DNA from: a virus
Taxonomy: Duplodnaviria; Caudoviricetes
Length of the DNA stretch: 64,000 bases
Strand: one strand, 5' to 3'
Virus record (IMG/VR): IMGVR_UViG_3300022602_000026
The translations under genes were made by a program, and so were the position numbers. This document shows, piece after piece, positions 28,401 through 38,585 of this stretch (positions within the stretch are counted from its first letter, which is position 1; every line of letters begins with the position of its first letter). The notes below the pieces were generated by a model. The model was not told the origin of the DNA. It worked only from the letters and a program-made list of their open reading frames with translations, and ran no database searches.

Positions 28401-31400
28401 CCGGGGTCGCCGATATAAATTAGATTGCCGGCAGTGTCCAGGCTTGCACCAAAGTTGCTGACACTGTTGCTGGCATGTGCTCCAAGATTTGCCACTTGTG
28501 TAAATGTATGGCCATTTGCGACATTTGAAACAAATGCTATGACGTTACCAAGTCCCAATGTGGGAGTTCCAGCGAGGGCATATCTTCCTTGGGCGTCAAT
28601 GGCAGTTACTGTACCAAATCCTGCGCCACTGGTGTAATTTCCTGTCAGCTTCATGTTGGCATTGAACAAACTCACATTGCCGGTCCAAGGAGTAGACTTG
28701 TTATAAACTGCCCATCCGTTGGTTAAATAATCACTGTCGACCCACAGTTTGTCATCATCAAGCCATCCTTGTAACGGCTCAATTGAATTTATGTTGGTAT
28801 TTTGTTTGATTCGCGAGCTTTGCAAACGGAATACTGGACCAAGCCCGGTGATTGTCATTGCAGCTTTGATTTGATCTGCATTTTGTCCGTAAAACACCAC
28901 GCTGATATTGTATGCGTCAACCACATTGTACACTTGATAAAATGCATCAACTCTGACATCAAAGCCTTTTACAACAATGATATCACCGTACACAAACGTG
29001 TGTGGTCGATTAAAAGTCACTGTGCCTAAATTATCTACGCCATAAGTCATCTTGACAACATTTATAGCAGTTTCGGTCACTCTAAACACGTTCCAATTGT
29101 GGTTGGTGTCTTTGGCGCACCATACAGTGTACCCTACTCCAACTTTGTCAAGATTTGTTGTAAGTTGTGAGTAATTGCCAATATCAAATATTGTTGTGCT
29201 TACGTCATTTATTTTAACATATCCGGCAGTTGCAATATCGTTCTCGTAAACACTACCTGCGTTTCTATTTAAATAAATGTTGGGTTGGAAGCCGATTGAA
29301 GTCAAGTATAAATTATCTGGTGTTACTCCAATAATATTGTTTGAACTCGAGCTAGCTCCGTTTGGCAACAAGGTAAATGTTATCGGATCTCCGTTAAACA
29401 CTCCTTCGGTCAAAACCAACTCTGCATATCGATTATTGTTCAGTGCTCCGTATTCGCCAACACGCATACCCCATTCTTCATAAATGCCGATGTTGCTGGT
29501 AATGCCGTTAAAGCCAGCAGCAGTAAAAGCAGTGATCGAGTTCAAAGATCCTTTTTGTTTAATAAATCCTTGATAGAACTTGGCTTGAGTCACTTCATCA
29601 ATACCAAAGTTTGTCATGTAGTCACGTGGTTGGAACCCAATTGTGCTATCACTGTAAAGATGGAAGTCGCCCAATGTTTCGGGATTGTCTACATCATTAA
29701 ATCTGTTAAACTTTTCAGCGTTGTAGCTGAAATTGGGCAATAGTCCGGTCTGTATTTGTGTACTGCTGATCTGTGTCCAACTGTTGGCAAAGAAACTATT
29801 GGTTGCTACCAGGTCCTGCGTAGAAGTATAGTAGTTGTTTTTGTATGTTACCAAACTACCCAGCGGGTAATCTGTGCCCGGTTTCCAAGCGGCCACTGTG
29901 GGATTGTTATAAATGAAGCCTGGAGGATTCATTGCTCCAGTCCAAGATCCTGTTTTCTTGCCCACTAATTTAAGTCTATACTGTCTGTTGCCCAGTGCCG
30001 GAACATAGATAATGTCATTAAACACGTCGATGTTGTCAAATATCATCACGTGTTCGTATTCGACTAGGTCCAACTTGACCAAGCTGATTGTTTGTCCGCC
30101 ATTGGCTTTTACCGAAAAGGTATTTCCGTTGACTGTGCTGGTTCTATTTACAGTCAGTTGATTGTACTTGATAAAATTAAAACTGGTATCAAGTATTCGA
30201 CTTTGGTTTGGAGTATTTTGTATTTGGTCCACTACTCCAGTTGGAGTGATCACAGTGAGTTTATCTAGAATAGGACTTAATACCAATATGCTACCTTCGG
30301 CCCAACCTTGTTGACTCCAAGTTAAAAATTCCTGTACGCTCAATAAGAAGTCGCGTTGTACTCCGAGATCGGGATCGGTATCGGTAAATTGTATACCAAT
30401 GCCCTGTAGGTAACGTTGGTAACTTACCAAGAAGTCAACAACTTGTTGAATATTAGAAAATTCAAATCCGTACGGAACAGTTACATTATACGGTTGATAA
30501 TTTTGATATATCACTCCGGTTTTATTCAATACTGTAATCGGAAAAGAATTATTGTTTGCTAGACTTGGAATAATTGTAAAATACGGGCGATTAAAATCAA
30601 ATCCGCTTACTGTGTATCCACTGGCTGTTACCTCAATGGTTACTGCACTATATGTGATATCGCTAATTGGGGTTGATTTATATAAATCAATCGAGTAACT
30701 TTCATTGGGAATTATTACTCCGGGATTTGTAGTTGTTGGTGAACTTTGTTCTGCAATGACTTCGATAAACGTCTTATCGGTGTAAGCAGCCATTTTATAA
30801 GTCAATTGTATATTGACATTGTCTAAATAATTGTACAGATAACTACCGGGATCGATTCCTTGATTTCTTAAATAGTCTGCAACCCAATTGGTATATCCAG
30901 CTGCTCGATATGTGGTTGTTCCGTTGGCAGTGCCGTTGATGTAAATTGCACCGGGAGTCACACGTTGTAGTGTATCAGTTAAAACATATTGATTTAGTTT
31001 GGTGTTTTTATAATATCTACCAATATCAAATAGTGTTCCAAAGTAAAATGCCGGTGCACTTAGTGCAATTGCCTGTTGCATTGCAAATGCAAAATCGCTG
31101 CTTCTACGCCAAGCAGTTTCTGCTGGCCCTTGGTCGCCAACTGCAAAATTGCCGCTGGTTTGGTTACTGTTAAAGCTCTTGACTAAAAATTCATTAGGAG
31201 CACGTAATGCCCCAACATCGTCAACTGGAATAATACTCAACAATCCAGGACGTGCAAAGCGAGCATCGGTATAAGGATCGCCGTTGTTCCATATGTAGCC
31301 TGCTTCTAGATCTCCCCATAATACCAAGTTGCCTCCGGTATAAGGAGCTGCACCATAACGTGCTTCCCACCAAGAGGGTTGTTCGCTAAAGCCCAACATC

Positions 31401-34400
31401 TCCCAAGGAGCAGTGTCGGGACGATCAGTATCATAGAAATATTTAAATATAGCACGCCAGTAACCGAATAAAGATTCTCCGTTGACACTGTCAACAAATC
31501 TGTTATAATTCCAAGTAAATGGATCACTGGCAACAAAATATGTGTTAGTGATGTAATCGACTCGACTGCTGCCTACCCATTGTAGGAAACTGTCTGTCAG
31601 CAGTTGTGTGAACTCTGATTTGAAATAATCGGTATTTCTAAATTTTCCAGGTAAGAAATTATAAATGTCAAAGACATTTTTTGCATAATCAACTTTTATG
31701 TTGTTGTAGATACGTTTTTCAAATTCCAATAACAACTGATCTCGATAGTCCCCAAACGCCGGGGTAATACTTCCATCATGTCCTTGTATTACATCGATTG
31801 GAGTTTGATAAGTATCGTCTAAATAAATTTTTGGGGTAAACTTTGGATACAATCCCAGTTTTGTAGGAGTCTCTGGAATATAATTTCCATCGGTGTTGCT
31901 ATACTCGTTGATGGTAATAACATCGTTTAAATTTAAAGGATAAGTTATAGTTACACCCGAACGTGTTGTATCAAATGTGTAATCTTGTCCTTTAACTAGT
32001 TGTACTCCGTTTACATAAACCAACACCGAACTATTGCTCAGTGTTGTGTCACTAAAGATGTTGGAAATCTCGTAGTCGGTTTGTTGTGCATTTAATACTG
32101 TATAAGTTAGAGTATTTAAATAATTGCTTCCATAAGGAACCATATCGCTATAGTACCAAGCAAACGTTTTATTTTTAACTGCATTAATTTGCGACAATAA
32201 TTTATCTAGTAATGCAGGAATATTTGAATAATCTAAATCGGTAGTTCTAGTACTTAATTCAATGATTTTATTTTTTAATTTACTATATTCGTGTCTGGCT
32301 AGATCTAAGCCTTTTAAGAAATTAGCATTGGTGTCTTCTAAGAATATCTCGCTATATAGTACCGGGCTTGCATGTTGTAGTATGCTTCCGCCTTGTGCTT
32401 TGATTGGAGTATCTCTAAGATTACTAGATCCAGGAACTACTCCGGTAATTTGATTACTGTTGGCCACCATTGTTGTCAAATGGTTACGTAGTTGACCCAG
32501 TGTAAGGCTAGTAAAGTTTGAGTTAGCACTATTAAAATCTAAATTTTCAGGAACCTCGTAATAGCCTAACGCACTGACTGTAGACGAATTGTAAATTAAA
32601 ATATCAATTTGATCGCCAGTGACCAAACTGCTATCGGTAACTTGAACATAGGTGTTAACGCCAATGGTTTGTATACTATATCCGGTTGTGGGCTGACTGT
32701 TGCGATATACTCTAAAGTATGGTACTGTAACTGCCGAACTTGTTGTAATATCTATTTGGAAATACGGGTTATTACCATCATATACTCCGCTTATAATTTG
32801 GAACTGTTTGCTTGTCTCTTTGTTTGTGGTCCAAGAGTTTCTTAGATTGTAATCGGTTAAACTGATGTTTTGTTGTAATGTTCCGGCAGTGTTGATGTTC
32901 TTGTCAACAACCGATACTTCTCCAGTAGTGGTGTAACTAAATGTATCATTGTCGAAATTGTTTGTAAATTGTATATCGCCAATTTGATTAAAGTTTCTGT
33001 AACTTAACGGAAAACCCAATACTGGATCTGCAACTCCGGTACCAACGCTATAAGCAAATATCTTTGTTCCTGCAAATGTAGATCCCACATAAACATCATT
33101 GTCGCCTAGACTGTATCCGTTCGCGTCAATTACATCAAATAGCGGTGCTTGATTGACCGAAGTCTTTGCCTGTGCAGGATGCCATTTGTTGCCATCAAAC
33201 CAAAATTGATAATATGTATTTGTATTGGCCGGATATGGATACTGTGTTCCGTTCAGTGTCACAACTGTGTTGTTCGGGCTTACCAAATAATCTTCTGCTG
33301 GCACCAAATTGATAACACTAGTTGGCCCTGGATACAATGACGCAATGTAAACAATGTTTACTACAAAAATTTGATTTACTATAGTGGGATCGAAGTCGTT
33401 AGCAAAAACAATTCGCATGCCCTGTGTAAGAGTAACTTCGCCAATAGCAAGTCCTGCAGGTTGTAGTTCCACTGTATTGCGAGCATCGGTAATTGAAAAA
33501 TCCAATATATCTATAGGAGCTTTTGCTACTCGTCCAAAATTGTACAACTGCACGTTGGCCTCAAACTCGATAATGGGCCGTGTTGCTCTTAGATTTTGAT
33601 CCAGTGTTGCAGTAGTGTTATTGTAAGCAGCAGTGGCAGTAATAATATCAACATGGAACCAACGGTTACTGCGTGTCCAAGCATTTAAATCTGCCGAAGC
33701 ACGATTTACAGTAAGGTAATCGGGAACAGCTAATCCGTTTACAGCATCTGGAGTTTGAAACGAAGTTACGTCCAACAATTGTATTGCAGTCCCAACACCT
33801 TCTACGTAATATGTTTTGCCAGCATAACTACTGGGATTGGCGCTAGAGTCAAAAGTCACAGTCAATCCATTAGAGAAAACTACTCCGTTGGGACTTTTAT
33901 AATTTTTTGCTCCGACTATTTCAGTGTCTATGTTTATAGTAGTATCACTCAATACCAATAAATCTATTTGTCCCACATAACTAGATCCTGTACCATCTTG
34001 GTAGTATAAATTTGTCAGTGGTGCTGTAATAGTTGGCATTAGATTATAAACATTATATTGTAAATAATCAGGGTTTAAGTAATATGTAAATTCTGCTCGA
34101 GTAGTACCGCCTTTGACAAAAACTTTTTGTAAGGCAGTTACTGCAAATGCTTGTGCCAGGGGATTTAGTGTAACAACCGGATCTGGATCGTTGCTTAGTG
34201 TAATGTTCCACGCATTTAATCTATTGGCTACAGGAACTGTAACATTATCAACAGTCCAGAAACTTGGATCAACATCGCCGTTGACAAATATCAACGACTT
34301 TAAATTTAATTGATAAGGATTGTTCACTCCATCTATACCTGATTCCTGCAATGCTGCGATACTGCTTAGGGTTTTTCCTTGTATTTGATTATAGTGCAGT

Positions 34401-35185
34401 TTTGTGCTTAGATCGGCACTGCCAGCCAAGGTCATTTGTGTGTAAAAATCTTGTGCCGTAGGTTGTGGTACTGTAAAAGTAATAGTACCTACATCGATAC
34501 CGTTATTAACTACGCCAAGCACATTTCTACTGCTGATGTTGGTTTGGTTGGGTTGCACTCCGCTAGTGCCGGGACTGGTTTGAATCCAGAATGGATAGCC
34601 GGGCTGGTTGACTACGAATTGATATGTGCCTCCGTAGCCCAATCTCAGTACAGGGTTTTCTACCCCGTCTGTGGTGCTAAAATTATAAGCGCCGGTTGCA
34701 GGATTGCGTGTGACAATAAAAGTCTGTTGTGCTGGAATTTCTGAACCGTATACCAGTACAACCCCTGGGCCATTTTCTAGCCAATAGTATTGTGTAAAAT
34801 TTACAAACTTGTCAAAATCAAACAATCCATCATAACTGTAGTACTCGCCTTTAAACAAACGATCATGATTGTTATTGAGTCCGCCACTATAGCCCACTTG
34901 ATTAACTAAATCAATGTAACTGCTAAAGAAATTTACATCTCCAGTCTTGGGATTTTTAACTACTACACTGGGCTCGAGCTGATAATTTTGTCGTTGTGCA
35001 GTTGGTTCAGGCACATAGTTGTCGGTACTTTTAAATGTGGGCGCAAATTTACGACCCACATATCCATTGATGTTTCTTAGGTCGGGTTGTGTTACCAGCT
35101 GATCTAAAGTTGCGTTTAAAAACTTTTGATTGGCTGGAGTTCTAAATGTTTCTGGTAAAAAATTACTGGTTACTATTTGTGCCAT
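22463..35185 (-). CDS. Giant (4240 aa) baseplate wedge/adhesin protein with FG-GAP beta-propeller
   Basis: Uninterrupted 12.7-kb ORF directly downstream of gp6 (gp7-like position). It contains about seven FG-x-x...(G/A)AP repeats (~27050-28630), GGGGSGA..DPGSGYTSTP motifs and four ~65-aa beta repeats. Confidence 0.75.
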   Translation of the reverse strand: MAQIVTSNFLPETFRTPANQKFLNATLDQLVTQPDLRNINGYVGRKFAPTFKSTDNYVPEPTAQRQNYQLEPSVVVKNPKTGDVNFFSSYIDLVNQVGYSGGLNNNHDRLFKGEYYSYDGLFDFDKFVNFTQYYWLENGPGVVLVYGSEIPAQQTFIVTRNPATGAYNFSTTDGVENPVLRLGYGGTYQFVVNQPGYPFWIQTSPGTSGVQPNQTNISSRNVLGVVNNGIDVGTITFTVPQPTAQDFYTQMTLAGSADLSTKLHYNQIQGKTLSSIAALQESGIDGVNNPYQLNLKSLIFVNGDVDPSFWTVDNVTVPVANRLNAWNITLSNDPDPVVTLNPLAQAFAVTALQKVFVKGGTTRAEFTYYLNPDYLQYNVYNLMPTITAPLTNLYYQDGTGSSYVGQIDLLVLSDTTINIDTEIVGAKNYKSPNGVVFSNGLTVTFDSSANPSSYAGKTYYVEGVGTAIQLLDVTSFQTPDAVNGLAVPDYLTVNRASADLNAWTRSNRWFHVDIITATAAYNNTTATLDQNLRATRPIIEFEANVQLYNFGRVAKAPIDILDFSITDARNTVELQPAGLAIGEVTLTQGMRIVFANDFDPTIVNQIFVVNIVYIASLYPGPTSVINLVPAEDYLVSPNNTVVTLNGTQYPYPANTNTYYQFWFDGNKWHPAQAKTSVNQAPLFDVIDANGYSLGDNDVYVGSTFAGTKIFAYSVGTGVADPVLGFPLSYRNFNQIGDIQFTNNFDNDTFSYTTTGEVSVVDKNINTAGTLQQNISLTDYNLRNSWTTNKETSKQFQIISGVYDGNNPYFQIDITTSSAVTVPYFRVYRNSQPTTGYSIQTIGVNTYVQVTDSSLVTGDQIDILIYNSSTVSALGYYEVPENLDFNSANSNFTSLTLGQLRNHLTTMVANSNQITGVVPGSSNLRDTPIKAQGGSILQHASPVLYSEIFLEDTNANFLKGLDLARHEYSKLKNKIIELSTRTTDLDYSNIPALLDKLLSQINAVKNKTFAWYYSDMVPYGSNYLNTLTYTVLNAQQTDYEISNIFSDTTLSNSSVLVYVNGVQLVKGQDYTFDTTRSGVTITYPLNLNDVITINEYSNTDGNYIPETPTKLGLYPKFTPKIYLDDTYQTPIDVIQGHDGSITPAFGDYRDQLLLEFEKRIYNNIKVDYAKNVFDIYNFLPGKFRNTDYFKSEFTQLLTDSFLQWVGSSRVDYITNTYFVASDPFTWNYNRFVDSVNGESLFGYWRAIFKYFYDTDRPDTAPWEMLGFSEQPSWWEARYGAAPYTGGNLVLWGDLEAGYIWNNGDPYTDARFARPGLLSIIPVDDVGALRAPNEFLVKSFNSNQTSGNFAVGDQGPAETAWRRSSDFAFAMQQAIALSAPAFYFGTLFDIGRYYKNTKLNQYVLTDTLQRVTPGAIYINGTANGTTTYRAAGYTNWVADYLRNQGIDPGSYLYNYLDNVNIQLTYKMAAYTDKTFIEVIAEQSSPTTTNPGVIIPNESYSIDLYKSTPISDITYSAVTIEVTASGYTVSGFDFNRPYFTIIPSLANNNSFPITVLNKTGVIYQNYQPYNVTVPYGFEFSNIQQVVDFLVSYQRYLQGIGIQFTDTDPDLGVQRDFLLSVQEFLTWSQQGWAEGSILVLSPILDKLTVITPTGVVDQIQNTPNQSRILDTSFNFIKYNQLTVNRTSTVNGNTFSVKANGGQTISLVKLDLVEYEHVMIFDNIDVFNDIIYVPALGNRQYRLKLVGKKTGSWTGAMNPPGFIYNNPTVAAWKPGTDYPLGSLVTYKNNYYTSTQDLVATNSFFANSWTQISSTQIQTGLLPNFSYNAEKFNRFNDVDNPETLGDFHLYSDSTIGFQPRDYMTNFGIDEVTQAKFYQGFIKQKGSLNSITAFTAAGFNGITSNIGIYEEWGMRVGEYGALNNNRYAELVLTEGVFNGDPITFTLLPNGASSSSNNIIGVTPDNLYLTSIGFQPNIYLNRNAGSVYENDIATAGYVKINDVSTTIFDIGNYSQLTTNLDKVGVGYTVWCAKDTNHNWNVFRVTETAINVVKMTYGVDNLGTVTFNRPHTFVYGDIIVVKGFDVRVDAFYQVYNVVDAYNISVVFYGQNADQIKAAMTITGLGPVFRLQSSRIKQNTNINSIEPLQGWLDDDKLWVDSDYLTNGWAVYNKSTPWTGNVSLFNANMKLTGNYTSGAGFGTVTAIDAQGRYALAGTPTLGLGNVIAFVSNVANGHTFTQVANLGAHASNSVSNFGASLDTAGNLIYIGDPGDGVSDYGRVHIHQFNGNASFPWTQTLTSPWSSNAGDAYGTSVSASNDGVWLYVSAPNAGNVYVYHANTSNYYSYANTITIGSSAYAQFGHQVKTTSDGRQVVISAPYQSVNNITAAGAVYVYDRSVETFIANSGPAYFTTYPITPSTVKITLNGNVITSGFTTNSSAINFNTAPVIGSVITVDTNTIQLLEQLTAPVTISGAAFGLTSWISGNDADVYVASPGYSVPGYYSGIVYRFVNQATSYGTISSTNFSPVINIGDTLRINGITVTVGGNTVANIAANINSANIPGVTATAYAYGGLTISSNVSTPYQKLTLGPSSLLANLGLSVFANVQQFTHPASDNVNQFGSQIISSPDGESLMIAASEGTTYNLTTFDSDTTIFDYGSTSFNDAINGSGMVYVYGLVNTPFTTTTPDQYTLVQRLQNNNLSTNDQFGYSIAMNANTLLVGAPGDSNNVTINPVSNLITSIPNGGTYYVYNNFTGNVGWDVIEQQQPQVDIESISRFYLYDNTTSTIITNLDYIDPAKGKILGAAAEDLDYITAYDPAVYNAVGGIDSSPNLANSVDFHWGPEQVTQTWWNIDRVRYLNYEQGNLTYRANNWGTTFPGSEIQVCEWVESDMPPSLYTGSGTPLYPDNSAYVVESTINPVTKLVTSKYYYWVYGKTSLELASTHKNTTSTIQNIIANPQSQGIPYAAVLRSDTVSLHGISNLLGGNTVSGNTTVLHMDYDTLKNTNIIHSEYQLVQEDNPGSLIPTRIVNKMIDSLSGIDMNGYAVPSANLTPQSSIGLGVNPNQTLFVNRLTALENFVEYVNGILIKNPIVEEYNITPLYSAAPLPDAKTYDIEVATHAELSYVDTANLPTGYTVLVLNDETENGLWYTYLWTGSVWSASSHQSYYTPFYWSFANWYDSSYDPTVLPTFVVNTIADVATISPVVGNTIKVLNNGNNQFVIYRYNADGTSSLVGIQNGTIQFNSNLYTTNVAANEIRIIFNTIKNNIFINELEVNFNDLFFYMINYVLTEQPAVDWVFKTSFISILHRLRKLNQPANYIPDNQTYYEQYINEVKPYRTSIRQYLIDYQGDDEYYGDTTDFDIPATYINGIGYVSPTGSGSNVSSYLSTLPQYNQWNSNYNYGISEVLVANPGDGSNIFVTTLTTSSNVVVNYNDTITQPFTGASGNVQINSVDNSINLINVSGTFITSYATLTLDANIIANVGNTITQLSTGASGTVYSASSGNVITLVNLSPVQFNKVSSGNAFIYNNGANVSANVTAITINGAYIYDNGGNLGVAPTNVTSVNEVGGYYLTPTVTVLGGGGSGANITAVVNLSTGYLTGFTVNDPGSGYTSTPTILINGTGTGAAGYPVLKNRYYIDSLPTTTLTTSANALVYAGNIITQANTGAAGTVYETSTGNVITLVDVSGTFTSNHYIFRDYANLSTNVTSVTSYTQFINQSYNTVRNINTTLVFDRTTYSSNVIVWQPNITVAANSIVSYNGQAYQATQTVYSSAILSLSGNISANVGNYITQSNSTANAQIIAISSNSSAITVANLSSNYTRRWGNIKVNGIDANVTPTVVNNIFDYSKYTLLNANSFTNAADRITAYYQPQVGMPGRDLSQLMSGVGYPGVEVTGVAFEANTSVVTNSNVIYAYANTLSLYSSNVSILDFTTLGYAVGQPLTVVDNTTAQQYITTIAIIAKDQLVAINLTSDIPLGSNVSLKYYDFNNPTYLDSSIQNTYKNTSFGSNIGDVAIDGGAYYDTYSSHAPEELVPGATFDNLNMMVTTKLQNNTAIVSYLVEYNMQANASSTNYKLWPKYYGVNYNAITTLTADLNITDSNIHVANAQVLTAPNISALTPGIVYINGEKITFWTVDYNNNVLGQIRRAVDGTGAPLVQASGSQVIDVNLPELIPGGNLVHTTTWLNAPPGASLFIVDEFGDEISANIGGSAVPLVTVGNAAGAITDGSGLEGAIFGNNPSVEATFLKGLIKPLT

Positions 35186-35186
35186 A

Positions 35187-38100
35187 TTAAATTACAATTC
35201 CTAGTCCCGCAAGGGTTTGATTAATTTGTGCTGCTGTTATAGCACTAATAATTTGTACATTATCTGCTGTAGCAGCGCTGATCATAATTTCATTATAATT
35301 GGAGTTTATTTGTAATAAACTTCCAAATGCAAGATCAGTACTTGACGGTACTATGATAATACTTGCAACATTTGGAGCCAATTGATTGTGTAAATATGTG
35401 CTTAATTCACTGAAATAAAATGTATCGCCAAAATTCCAATTGGCAGTATTAAAAAACGTATTGATTGCCGAAATAGTTTGACTAATAACATCATTGTCGC
35501 TGACTGTTACATTGGGATTTTTCACAATTTTAAATGTTGCTTGCAAGTTTGCATCGGCCTTTTTACCAAACAACGGTTTGTATTTTCCTGCGTTATAAAC
35601 TATAGTATCGCTCAATGGTTTGAAATTTTGCAAGCCATTTGCTCCTGACCCGTATTGGGTCTGCAACTCGTCATTGGTTGGCGGCGACGGTTCTGACACT
35701 GTGCCGGTTGTGTCTTGTATCCATGACAAATAGTCATTGGCGTATTGTTGTGTTAGAATATATAAATCCATTATATTATTTGGACTTGGATCAATACGTC
35801 TATCATTGGGGCTGGCATGTCTATATTGAAAATACAAATCTTGTCTGCCAACTTCGGCAACATAATTTGTCACCTGTGTTAGTGTTCTGGTTGTATTTCC
35901 GCCAGACACAGTAATTGTCAATTGATAAAAATTATTTTCTGCGGTGGCATAAAATACCTGCCCGTTAGTATACAATGTCAATGCAGCATTGATTGCGGCT
36001 TTTGTTGCTAGTGTTGTAACTATGGTTGTGTTGTCTACCGGAGCAATGGTTAAAAAGTCTCCAAGATCGGTATTTTGATCTGTAACTTGTTGGAAGAACA
36101 CATACTTCATTGTGGGATTGACTGTGGGTGCAACAATGTTGGTAAACAGGTCAGGGTTGTCTGGAACGCCATCATTGTTGGAATCCGGGAACGTGACCAA
36201 GACCTGCGTATTATCTACGTAGCCATCGGCATTGACCACATTGTCATAGATATACCAAGTTTGATCTTCGCCGATAGGAGTAGCACTGTCGGGTTCGCTA
36301 TTGGTCTTTAGTACCACAACTTGATCGGTTATGGTCAATCCAGTTTTACTGTTGTAGACTTTGACTTCGGGATCGAAGTAAAAACGTGTTTCTCCGGCAC
36401 TCTGGAAAACATACTGTAGGCCACGATGTGCTAGATTATAACTTATGCCGTTGTAGGTAAATGCCAGGATCCAACTTGCGTCCAAGCCCATGCCGCTGGT
36501 ATCGCCTTGATTGGTCAAACTAAATGCTCCAAGATTTAAATCTTTTGGTTGTATAATTTGCCAGCTTTGTGTTGTGACATTGTAACTCAAGCCGATGTTT
36601 TGGTAGCTTTGAAGTAAATTTATTATTGTAGAATTAAAAGCAGCACCCGGTAAGTCGTTTTTAAATACTGGAATAATAGTGTCTAGCACTGCGCCACTGG
36701 GAAGATTTTTACTTAGTTGTACCGGCATCCCCGCATTGGCCATTACCACCTTGGCCCAGAGATAGGTGTTTTGACTGGGGTATTGTGGTGTACCAGTTTG
36801 AATGTTGTTTTGTGCGTCAAAGTACTTGCCGGCACCAGCATTAAATCTTAATAGTGCGCCGGTTGTTATATATTGTAAATTGCTGCTAACACCAAGTCCA
36901 ATTTGATAAATTGCGTTGGAGTTGTTTACAAAGTAACCTTGACTGCTGTTACTGCTATTTGATTGCAAATACCAATAGGTGTTTGTGGGCGTGAATCGCG
37001 GAAAGTTTGCATAGTAAAAATGCAACACATCTTTGCTACTCAACAACGGTATTGCAGTGTTGTAGAGTACTTCATATAAATCATTTGCAGTTGCAAAACT
37101 GAACTGTGTACTGGCTGTTGGGGCCTGCTGATACAACCATCCGTCGTCGCAGAATATATTTGTGCTTGAATAGCTGCCGGTAACATCTAATACATCTAGA
37201 TATCGACTTATACCACTGCTGGTGCGATTGACTGCTTTGGCTTTTAGTATGCTGCTGAAGTTGGTGTACGGGAAAAGATTGTAATCTTCCCCGGTGATCA
37301 TGCGGTTTTGTGTGTAATATTGTGCCGGTGCTCGTGCACGAATATCTTCAATTAATTCTCTTGTTTGTGCATTTGAAACTGTATAATAAAGACTTGCAGT
37401 AATGGTCAGAGTTTCTACTGTGTTGTTTCTACTTACGTAATTAATAGGTATAGTAACACTCTGCATCTCGTCGGGAGTTATTTTGTATTGTAGTCCGTTA
37501 CTGGTTCTATAAAATAATCTAAAAATGCCCTGTGGCAAATTGGCAAAGCTGCCGTCGCCAAATACCAAATCCACTTGATCGTTTGTGCGACTGTTGACTT
37601 GATACAAATTTCTATTGGTGCTTTGATTGTAAATCACGTTGATGCCGGCCACTGCCGGAACTGCGCTCCAGGCAGTAGTGGGGTTGCCGTTTACATCCAA
37701 CTGATACAACCAAACATCGTTGTTGTTGATGTTGTTGTAGTTTACATTTACTATTCGATTGGGCAAACTTTGTTGTAGATTAAAATCTTGTGTGGCCAGT
37801 GAACCTTGTTTGAAATACAAGAAAAATCCTGTGTTGTTGCTGCCGTTGCCCAAATTATCGTTGCGATATAGTATATTGAACTTTCCCGATGGAACCGGGG
37901 CTGGTTCATAGATATATGATTGCCCAACAGTTGTGGCACTTATGGCTTCAAACGGAGTTTGACTGTTTTCTACTATGGCATTAAAACTTACTCGAGGAAT
38001 AACTCCCGATGGTAAATTGATACTGTATTCGTCAGTTTCGATTCCGTTGACAGTATTAGTATTACCAGGGTTACCAATTTGTTGATTGCTCACCAATGCA

Positions 38101-38585
38101 GCATTTAGTATAGTGGTCAACTGTTCTTGCCAGTCGGGATTGGCAGTGTCGTTCCAGTTGATCAATAGATTACTTAGGTTTAGTCCGTTGCTGTCAAATA
38201 CACTTTCTGTGGTGCTCACACTGTCAATTTTTAATTGTCCGCTGGCATTGATGTGTCTGCTGGGATTGTAGCTGATTAGTCGTGCCAGTTTTAGTATACT
38301 GTCGCGACGCTCGGCAGTGTCAATAAAGTTTTCACGTGCGTTTAAATCGGTTCTAAACGCCAAACTCTGTCCCAAAAATGCAATCAAATCTATTAGAGCA
38401 ACATATTCGCTGCTTTCAGTAAAGTCATTGAAGTCTTCGGGATAGTAGGTTTGGAGATAGTCAATCATTGCTTTACGCAATGTTTCAAAATCATAGCTCT
38501 GAAAATCAGCCTGTTTAAAAGTCTGATAAAGTTTGGTCCAATCTTGATTGACCAAAAGATTTGTTTGACGTGTAGTTATAGACAT
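35187..38585 (-). CDS. gp6: Baseplate wedge subunit, T4 gp6-like
   Basis: YDFETLRKAMIDYL..DFNDF..LIDLIAFLG..NARENFIDTAERRDSILKLARLISYNP; QNRMITGEDY. Confidence 0.88.
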   Translation of the reverse strand: MSITTRQTNLLVNQDWTKLYQTFKQADFQSYDFETLRKAMIDYLQTYYPEDFNDFTESSEYVALIDLIAFLGQSLAFRTDLNARENFIDTAERRDSILKLARLISYNPSRHINASGQLKIDSVSTTESVFDSNGLNLSNLLINWNDTANPDWQEQLTTILNAALVSNQQIGNPGNTNTVNGIETDEYSINLPSGVIPRVSFNAIVENSQTPFEAISATTVGQSYIYEPAPVPSGKFNILYRNDNLGNGSNNTGFFLYFKQGSLATQDFNLQQSLPNRIVNVNYNNINNNDVWLYQLDVNGNPTTAWSAVPAVAGINVIYNQSTNRNLYQVNSRTNDQVDLVFGDGSFANLPQGIFRLFYRTSNGLQYKITPDEMQSVTIPINYVSRNNTVETLTITASLYYTVSNAQTRELIEDIRARAPAQYYTQNRMITGEDYNLFPYTNFSSILKAKAVNRTSSGISRYLDVLDVTGSYSSTNIFCDDGWLYQQAPTASTQFSFATANDLYEVLYNTAIPLLSSKDVLHFYYANFPRFTPTNTYWYLQSNSSNSSQGYFVNNSNAIYQIGLGVSSNLQYITTGALLRFNAGAGKYFDAQNNIQTGTPQYPSQNTYLWAKVVMANAGMPVQLSKNLPSGAVLDTIIPVFKNDLPGAAFNSTIINLLQSYQNIGLSYNVTTQSWQIIQPKDLNLGAFSLTNQGDTSGMGLDASWILAFTYNGISYNLAHRGLQYVFQSAGETRFYFDPEVKVYNSKTGLTITDQVVVLKTNSEPDSATPIGEDQTWYIYDNVVNADGYVDNTQVLVTFPDSNNDGVPDNPDLFTNIVAPTVNPTMKYVFFQQVTDQNTDLGDFLTIAPVDNTTIVTTLATKAAINAALTLYTNGQVFYATAENNFYQLTITVSGGNTTRTLTQVTNYVAEVGRQDLYFQYRHASPNDRRIDPSPNNIMDLYILTQQYANDYLSWIQDTTGTVSEPSPPTNDELQTQYGSGANGLQNFKPLSDTIVYNAGKYKPLFGKKADANLQATFKIVKNPNVTVSDNDVISQTISAINTFFNTANWNFGDTFYFSELSTYLHNQLAPNVASIIIVPSSTDLAFGSLLQINSNYNEIMISAATADNVQIISAITAAQINQTLAGLGIVI

